From Phallusia mammillata (taxonomy: Eukaryota): a stretch of 64,000 nucleotides of DNA. A program made the position numbers and the translations under genes. Location: NCBI GenBank assembly GCA_965637545.1, contig OZ281499.1, positions 5,394,001-5,458,000 on the forward strand, given 5' to 3'. The notes beneath the pieces were generated by a model. The model had not been told where the DNA came from. It saw only the letters and a list, made by a program, of their open reading frames with translations, and did not search any database. Of this stretch, positions 57,306 to 64,000 are shown in pieces (the first letter of the stretch is position 1; each line of letters starts with the position of its first letter).

Positions 57306-60300
57306 GTCTAGAGAGGCAACAAATTGTTATTTGTCTGAAGGAAAAGAAAAAAGACGCGAAATACAGTTAATCCTCGCACCCGAAATAATGATGCTAGCGG
57401 ATTTGATTAATACACGTTACGTCGGCCACGATAGGCATGTTAATTTGTTTACTCAATCAATATACTTATATTGTCCCTACGCCGAACATGTTTTTGTATC
57501 ATACGTCGATCATAGGTAATCCCCTGGCGTACAGGCGCATGACAAACTACCGCGTTTTACCTTAATACTGAGCCGGCATCGATTGAGCAAGCATAGCTAA
57601 TGCCAACCCGGCGTAGGAAGATAGACATCGGCGTAACGGCAAAACATGCGTCGGTTATACGTGAGGCATTTGAGAAAAAAGGTGGAAAAGGGGCGGACAA
57701 GAATTGAAGCGTTGCGTCGTAATTGTGACACAAGACAAAGATATGAACTGCTTTTGTTATGTACCAATCCGGCAGGCATATACTACTTGAAGTAAGGCGG
57801 CTTTAGGATCAACGCTGCTTGTGGCGCTTGCCAGGTTAGGTAACAACTTTACAGGCATGCACCACTTGAAGTAAGGCCATTTTTAAACCGAACGAAGTCG
57901 TGGCAGATTTAGATCCGGTTTTTGGTTTTCGCCACATCAAAAGAAAGTGCACGTGAACTCGAATAGTGTTAGCGGTGAACAAGTGCCTTATACTACATCA
58001 GTGGTTGACTTCTATGTTGAGATTTGTGCAAACAGTCGTCCAGTATATGCAAACATTTGGTAATGGCGTGAAATAGTGTTTTAGCACGTTTGAGCGAATA
58101 ATCAACCAGTCAGTCAGTGTGATATTCGGATATATTCACGTACATGAAACATTAACCTGTGTTCTGAATGTATAATTTGTTTTTGTAATGTGAAAGTGTT
58201 TTCGATGTGTTGGTTTAAGATACAGCTACCTTGCAAAGTATTTACTCACAGACCGCTATTTTGTTGTGTTTATCAGTATTAATGTCGCAGTTTCGTAAGC
58301 ACATTGTTAAATGCGAAAAGGTCCATACTTAGATATAAAAACTAAGCAAATATGATTGAGCATGTAAAAAAAAATTAAGCATGTATTGCTTTTAGGTAGT
58401 GCAAAAAAGGAAGTATCTTTGTTTTAGATAGATTGCCAAGTCACCCATGTTTAAACAAGTGTTCTCTATTCTGTGCTAAACCATAGTTAAATCTGTCCAT
58501 GGCCGTAAACCTTTTGTATTATCCATGTTACCCCTGCCCTTAGTGAAACTGCAGGTCAATCGTTTTCCAGTGCTTTCAAAGGCAGTGATATTTGGCTATA
58601 CATGGGGTAGGTAGCAGGTGATGGCAGCTTTATGTTCCTTTCGAATGGAGCCGCGCTTTGTTTGTGTTCCTATGCTTCGAGGTGTGTCTGTCGGCTTCCA
58701 TGGCACAGTGCACAACGTGTCAACAAATGTAGCGACGGATTGAAAAATGACCCACCTTTTTAACAATATACCCAGGTACACATACGTGTATGTATAGTTG
58801 CTTGGACAATGTCACAATTTTGTTTCATGTCTTTCAGTTTATGCAGTTTTAAAATAGTTGCGCGAGTTATATACCATTTAATTCGCGTTAAGTTCGATTT
58901 AAATACTGCGGCCAAAATTGTCGATTTGATCTTGCAAAGCCTTTTATGGAGGCACATATATTACAAAGTGCCAATATACCTATAAACGTGTCTGTAAAAT
59001 TTTGAAACCTGTCTCATAGACATAGTATTTCCAAATATAATGTATCAGTTCGCTATATAGTTGCTACACACGAGTGGATTTTACTGCCATTCCAGAACGT
59101 ATTTGTTGTACGGTTGTCAGTTTGGCGACCGCAATGTTGAAGCATTGTTGGCACAAAACCGCCGACGTAGAACCACATCAACTATTACCCCGAAGTACCC
59201 TCACTTTGACCGCCCACGCTTTTAACCCTTGCCAATCCGAACCTCACCAAAAAGAAGTGTGTGGTTATGTTAGTACGTGACGACAAGTTATGCCAAGTTC
59301 TTCGCCTATAATGTACAGTGGAATTTTTTTCGTACCTCGTTGCGGCTTTTCGCTAACAGGGAGTTGACGAAAGACATGCGCACATTTTATTTTCTCTTGT
59401 GTTAAAGGATTAGAAACTCATTTCCTGAGCTTCGGCGCTAAGTGCTAATGAAAAGCCAGTATTGCATCTGTGCACTTACCTTCTAACCACATGTTTGTGT
59501 TCACTAGGTGATATATTGTTCCCAAGTTAGACCAAATTGTATTACTTATATGTGGAGATTGGTAGAAGGTTAAAAGTTTAAACGCCTAAAGTTCACTGTT
59601 AACCGGTTTTAATCAGTGATATAGTTGTCTCAAGTTTTTCGAGCTTTTCTGGCAATTGTATTTTTATAGGTCGCCTTCATCAGGTTAAAAAACATTAAAT
59701 GCGCGTAGTACAGTGTACGATAAACAAAGGAAAAAAGATTTAATTGTCTATATCGAATGCTATTGTTGTCCAAATGCACCCTTTTTGATCAAAAAATATA
59801 CTTGTAGTGCCATAATTAGTGACATTTTTGTCTGGCAATTTCCCAAAATATCGCATTTGAAAATAGCAATATGTTTACCATTGTTTGTGACGTCGACAAA
59901 GGTTTTCGAACATCTGCATTGTCACTCCACGTGACACTTTCGAGTCGAAAACAAACGATGACGTCATCCCACAGGAGGTGGGTCTTAACCCATTTTGATC
60001 TGAGACCCACTCACTTTTGACTGACAACCCGGTCACGTCTCGTGGAATTTAAATCGATGTCCGTCACGGCTGAGGGCGCGTGAACTTCTTTTTGTTCGGG
60101 TTTTTAAACAAAGTAGGAAAAAGTTTGCTACCTTGTTAAACAACTTAATTTAGAAAAAAACATTCCTACAAATATGGATTCAGCAAAATATACATATGTT
60201 GTTAAACAAACACATATGCTATATATTCGGTATGCGCAAATGCACTGCTGTAAGCTGGCCTGGTATTGGAACCCAACTTGAAAGAAAAGCATGGAACCCG

Positions 60301-61512
60301 CCCTAAACCCAAATCTTTGCTAAAATAAAGCCCGGATTGGGCCCTTTATAAATGTGAATTTGCGACACAAATGCGGCCTAGTGGTAAGTCAGGCCTGAAT
60401 ACGACCCTAAAATCCAGGTCCTGCCTGCAACGGTGCGCTAACAAAATCGGACTATATATTATCTGTGAACCATGTTTTAGATATGGATTCTAGCCCATAT
60501 AGCCTCTAGGGTGCTAACAAACGTAAAAATCACAAGTAAAGCACCACTAGGTTACGAATATTGTATGTAAATGAGACGAAGTTTTGTGTGGTTAAATTTT
60601 ACGACTGTTAAATATGGAAATCTGAACGTGTATTGTAAATCATTGCAGTGTAATAAAACTCACTCCATCTTTTCTTAGTTGACATCTGTCCGGTTTTGGG
60701 TTTTACCATATGTCAAAACCTTCCATGACAAGAACTTAACTGTAATTTGAAAACATGGTATTGCAAACTTACGTTGGTAATGACAACGGCGATTGCAAAA
60801 TGTTGCAATAATATTCGCTCTCTGTCATTCTATATTTTTAATCAAGGCCATTTTTAAGATTGTGTCTAGTGGTAATGTGACGAATGTCACAAAACGTCTA
60901 TGTAATGAGATGGTTGCATTTATTTCTCTTTACTCTGATACGTATGTCATCACTTTGGCCAATCGCAATAACATATGTAGAGGAGTCATTGCTTTGAGTT
61001 CAACATATGACAATGTTCCCTTAGCGTTTGTTTACCCCCGACATAAAATCTGTTTGCTACACGCGCTTGTGTATTCCCCTTTCGCCCCTAGGGGATTTTC
61101 TATCGAGCAAACTTTCCCGTCTGCTGACGTCATAAGCTTGACGCATTAAAGCGCAAGTTATAACTACTTAAAGCATTAATACTTGGGTGACCCTTTTTCC
61201 GTGTCAAAACATACGGGCTTGATCTTTTCAGAGGATCACTGTCATTAGTTGGACTCCAAACCTAGTTATTTAGGAGGGGGCATACATCTAATAACTGTGT
61301 TTTTCGTTGAAGCGCCTGTGGGCATACCTGCTGTGGTCCAGGGTAGGAATTACGAGCTGCGGTGGGCAAAGCTATGTTGTGTGACCGCTATCTTGCAGTA
61401 CATGATAGTTTTTGGATAGTTTAGCTGCTTTGGTGTAAACTGTTAGTCAGGCAGTGTATTCCAGGTGTGTTGTACTTGCATTATAGGCTAGAATGAAGGC
61501 AGTTGATTACAC

Positions 61513-61769
61513 CATGGGTTCTTAACCGGGGAGGAATTCTTACAAATTGAGGAATGTAAAAACTTCAGGGGCGGATTTTACTTTAATTTGTACATATGGT
61601 TTGGAAATATACACTTCAGCTCTTAAATATAACCTGTGAAGGTGATAAAAGATCCAATTTACAGTGATCTTTATATGGTTTAGCACCTACTGTGTAGTAA
61701 ATTGGTGAGGAATGAAAATGTTTTGAATTGTTAAGTAAGGAAATTGTAGACAAAGGTTGGGAACCACTG
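61513..61769 (+). mobile_element. hAT MITE
   Basis: Ends CATGGGTTCTTAACC / GGTTGGGAACCACTG; flanks GATTACAC / CATTACAT. Confidence 0.7.
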
Positions 61770-63277
61770 CATTACATCAACATTTAAAGACGATGTTTTC
61801 TGCAAATGCAGTTGTGAAATTAGATTCTGTAAAGCAATTTAAAAAAAAAATCCAAAGAACCTTTTTGAGACATTTTTTTGTCAACCAAAAGAATCAAAAA
61901 ACGGAAGTGTTACTATTTAAAACAAAGATGTTTTGGCATGTGGTATATTTTAACCACTTGCTCTATCAGTTATTAGAAGTCTTTGAAGCTTTTGCGGTTT
62001 CCTGTTCAAAGGGTTGGATCTTGACCGACCTTCAAATAGTCAGTCGACTTGGCTCAGACATTAGAGTAATTGCGGGTTATCATCAAAGGCAGGTTCAGTA
62101 TTATTGGCTTCTGCGATCTTTATAGGCAATCCTTTTTAACCACATGCTCTTTGCTTTGGCTTTGACGAAATGTTTTGCTAAGCAGCATGACTTGACTGGA
62201 GTAGTGAGTATAGTTAATTGAAGACTCTACTCACTAACTCGATAGCTACTTTATACCATCTCGGTGAAATACTCGACTTGTAACTCGACCAAACATATAT
62301 TGGTAGCAACTCTGGTGTGTGGTTAAAATAGGAGGCGTTAAAATGAATGACTAAACGTTCAAAGCTGTTTCACGGACTTCAACCTGATCGAAAAAGTGTA
62401 AAACTACTGCCACATGCGGCGCCAGATGACACATTTGGCATGCGGTGCCATATTGTTAATTTGTGTTACCGTACAACGTTCTATGCCAAGAGTATGTCAT
62501 TAACCAAAGCGTTCATAAATGCTCGATAAATGTCTTTGGTCTTCCAATTTGGACACTTTTTTGACTTGTTTTTATCGATTGTCAAATCGTTGGGTTTACT
62601 GCTTGTAAAAAAAGCGTAACGATTTTGAATTTGTGGTACCTAAACCGAAAAGGTTAAAAAACTGCTGGTCTTTAAACACAAACACCTGAAAGTACTCTGT
62701 TGTTGATTTTCAAACACCTTAATGCATTTCAACAACACAAATATACAAAACACCGGCAAAAAAACATTAATCATCTTAAGATTCATGTCTCGTTTTTAAG
62801 CACGAAAGGCCCCTGGCAGGACATAACACCTGTCAAGGCGACAGACTCAGCTGCCAGTCGCTTCATGATTCACAAAAGTAATGAGGCGCCCAAGACAACG
62901 AACTTTAAACTCTTCAGGGACTTGGTTATAACGCGAGTGTCACATGTGTTGTTTCGAGTACCGCGTCTATGGTGAAATTGATCATGAGTTGATTGTTTAC
63001 ATGTTGTTTTCGACAGCGTTTTCCTAGCTGACTTTAAAACTGGGTATTTTTATTTTTAACTATTTTAGGAAGTACCAACCTAATAAAAAGTATATGTAAG
63101 GTAAATGCAGGAATGCAAATTTGTGCTTGTGGCGAGAAAAGTTTATGCTGGAAAAACAGTGGTTCTCAACCGTAGGCTATATTGTTCGGGTACAAGCTGA
63201 GGACTTTTTATAGGCTGATTAGTTGGGTCATTTAAGTTGCATGTCATAATCTGACTTAAATTACTGTAAGTATAACG

Positions 63278-63664
63278 CAGTGGTTCCCAAACTTTTTCAT
63301 ATTTTTTTCAAAACGGTCCCTTTGCCATTATTTCGAGGGCTCGCGGTCCTTAAGCCTAAATGTGTATTTCATAAAAATAAAGTTGATTGCAGGATTTTAG
63401 CCAGTTATGCAAAATTGAGCACAAAATCATTCAAAGACAGCATGTGACATCACAAACAGGACAAAAACATTACGATTGTGCGCGAACAATTGCATTTTTG
63501 ATAGTTGTCATTCAATAAAGGCCATTGTTTAGCATTAGAGACAGGCGATTATCAATTCTACTTTGATTTTTAACTTATTTAGTGGCACAAACTGACGCCA
63601 AATAAGATTATAGAATTACTTGAACCGCTTCGCGGTCCCCCCAAAATTGCCTCACGGACCCCTA
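63278..63664 (+). mobile_element. hAT MITE, same family as 38869-39269; right end replaced by another element starting ~63668
   Basis: Long colinear identity with 38869-39240 (e.g. ccctttgccattatttcgagg, actgacgccaaata, ttcgcggtcccc). Confidence 0.88.
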
Positions 63665-64000
63665 AGGCAGGGGTCCGCAAATAGTGGGTCGCGACACAAA
63701 TTTGGCATTTAAAAATTTAAGCATCTACAGTATTAATGAATTTCGGCTTTTTTCAACCTTTTAATCATTATTGCATTGTTACGTGTGACTACGTAACTGT
63801 GACATACAGTCTGTGTAACAATGCAAAAAGTTAAGCGCACCTATGCAAGCATGCGTTTTCTGATTAGCTGTGCTCTCAAAACAGAGCCCACAGTTCTCAT
63901 TTGTTAGAATAAATACGTTCGTTTACCTACTGTTTTATGTGAAAATAGCAACTGACAATAGCATAATAGCAGTCTTAATATTGATATTTAGTTCATTAGT

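Noticed and set aside
59121-59225. Phase-0 reading FGDRNVEALLAQNRRRR..RPRF* as a neuropeptide precursor end
   Set aside because: There is no upstream phase-0 exon, signal peptide or amidation signal. The other frame is the one compatible with the 54625 donor.

Overview
AT-rich eukaryotic genomic DNA with GT-AG introns. A tunicate or other invertebrate chordate is my inference, from a near-vertebrate RSK C-terminus and the compact AT-rich introns. Three spliced genes can be rebuilt exon by exon with consistent intron phases. (1) The 3' half of a p90 RSK kinase (+, 1-6226). (2) A complete 12-exon, ~600-aa SLC6 transporter of GABA/taurine/creatine type (-, 9192-17883), with Asn at the extracellular-gate Asp position. 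(3) A 20-exon, ~1055-aa secreted mosaic protein (-, 22584-36504): signal peptide, trefoil, TSP1, ten ShK domains, two FN3 domains and Thr-rich mucin linkers, including a 29-nt microexon inferred from phase logic. The remaining ~27 kb (36.8-64 kb) has no recognisable protein domains, only a candidate first coding exon with an overlapping uORF at 54.5 kb. Mobile DNA is abundant: non-autonomous hAT MITEs (seven with perfect 8-bp TSDs), a nested TA-flanked Tc2-like element, two kinds of tRNA-derived retroposon, an RTE LINE 3' end, and a small fold-back family with 13-bp TSDs and a degenerate hammerhead-like core that resembles Penelope-like elements. All calls are from manual reading; no database search was run.
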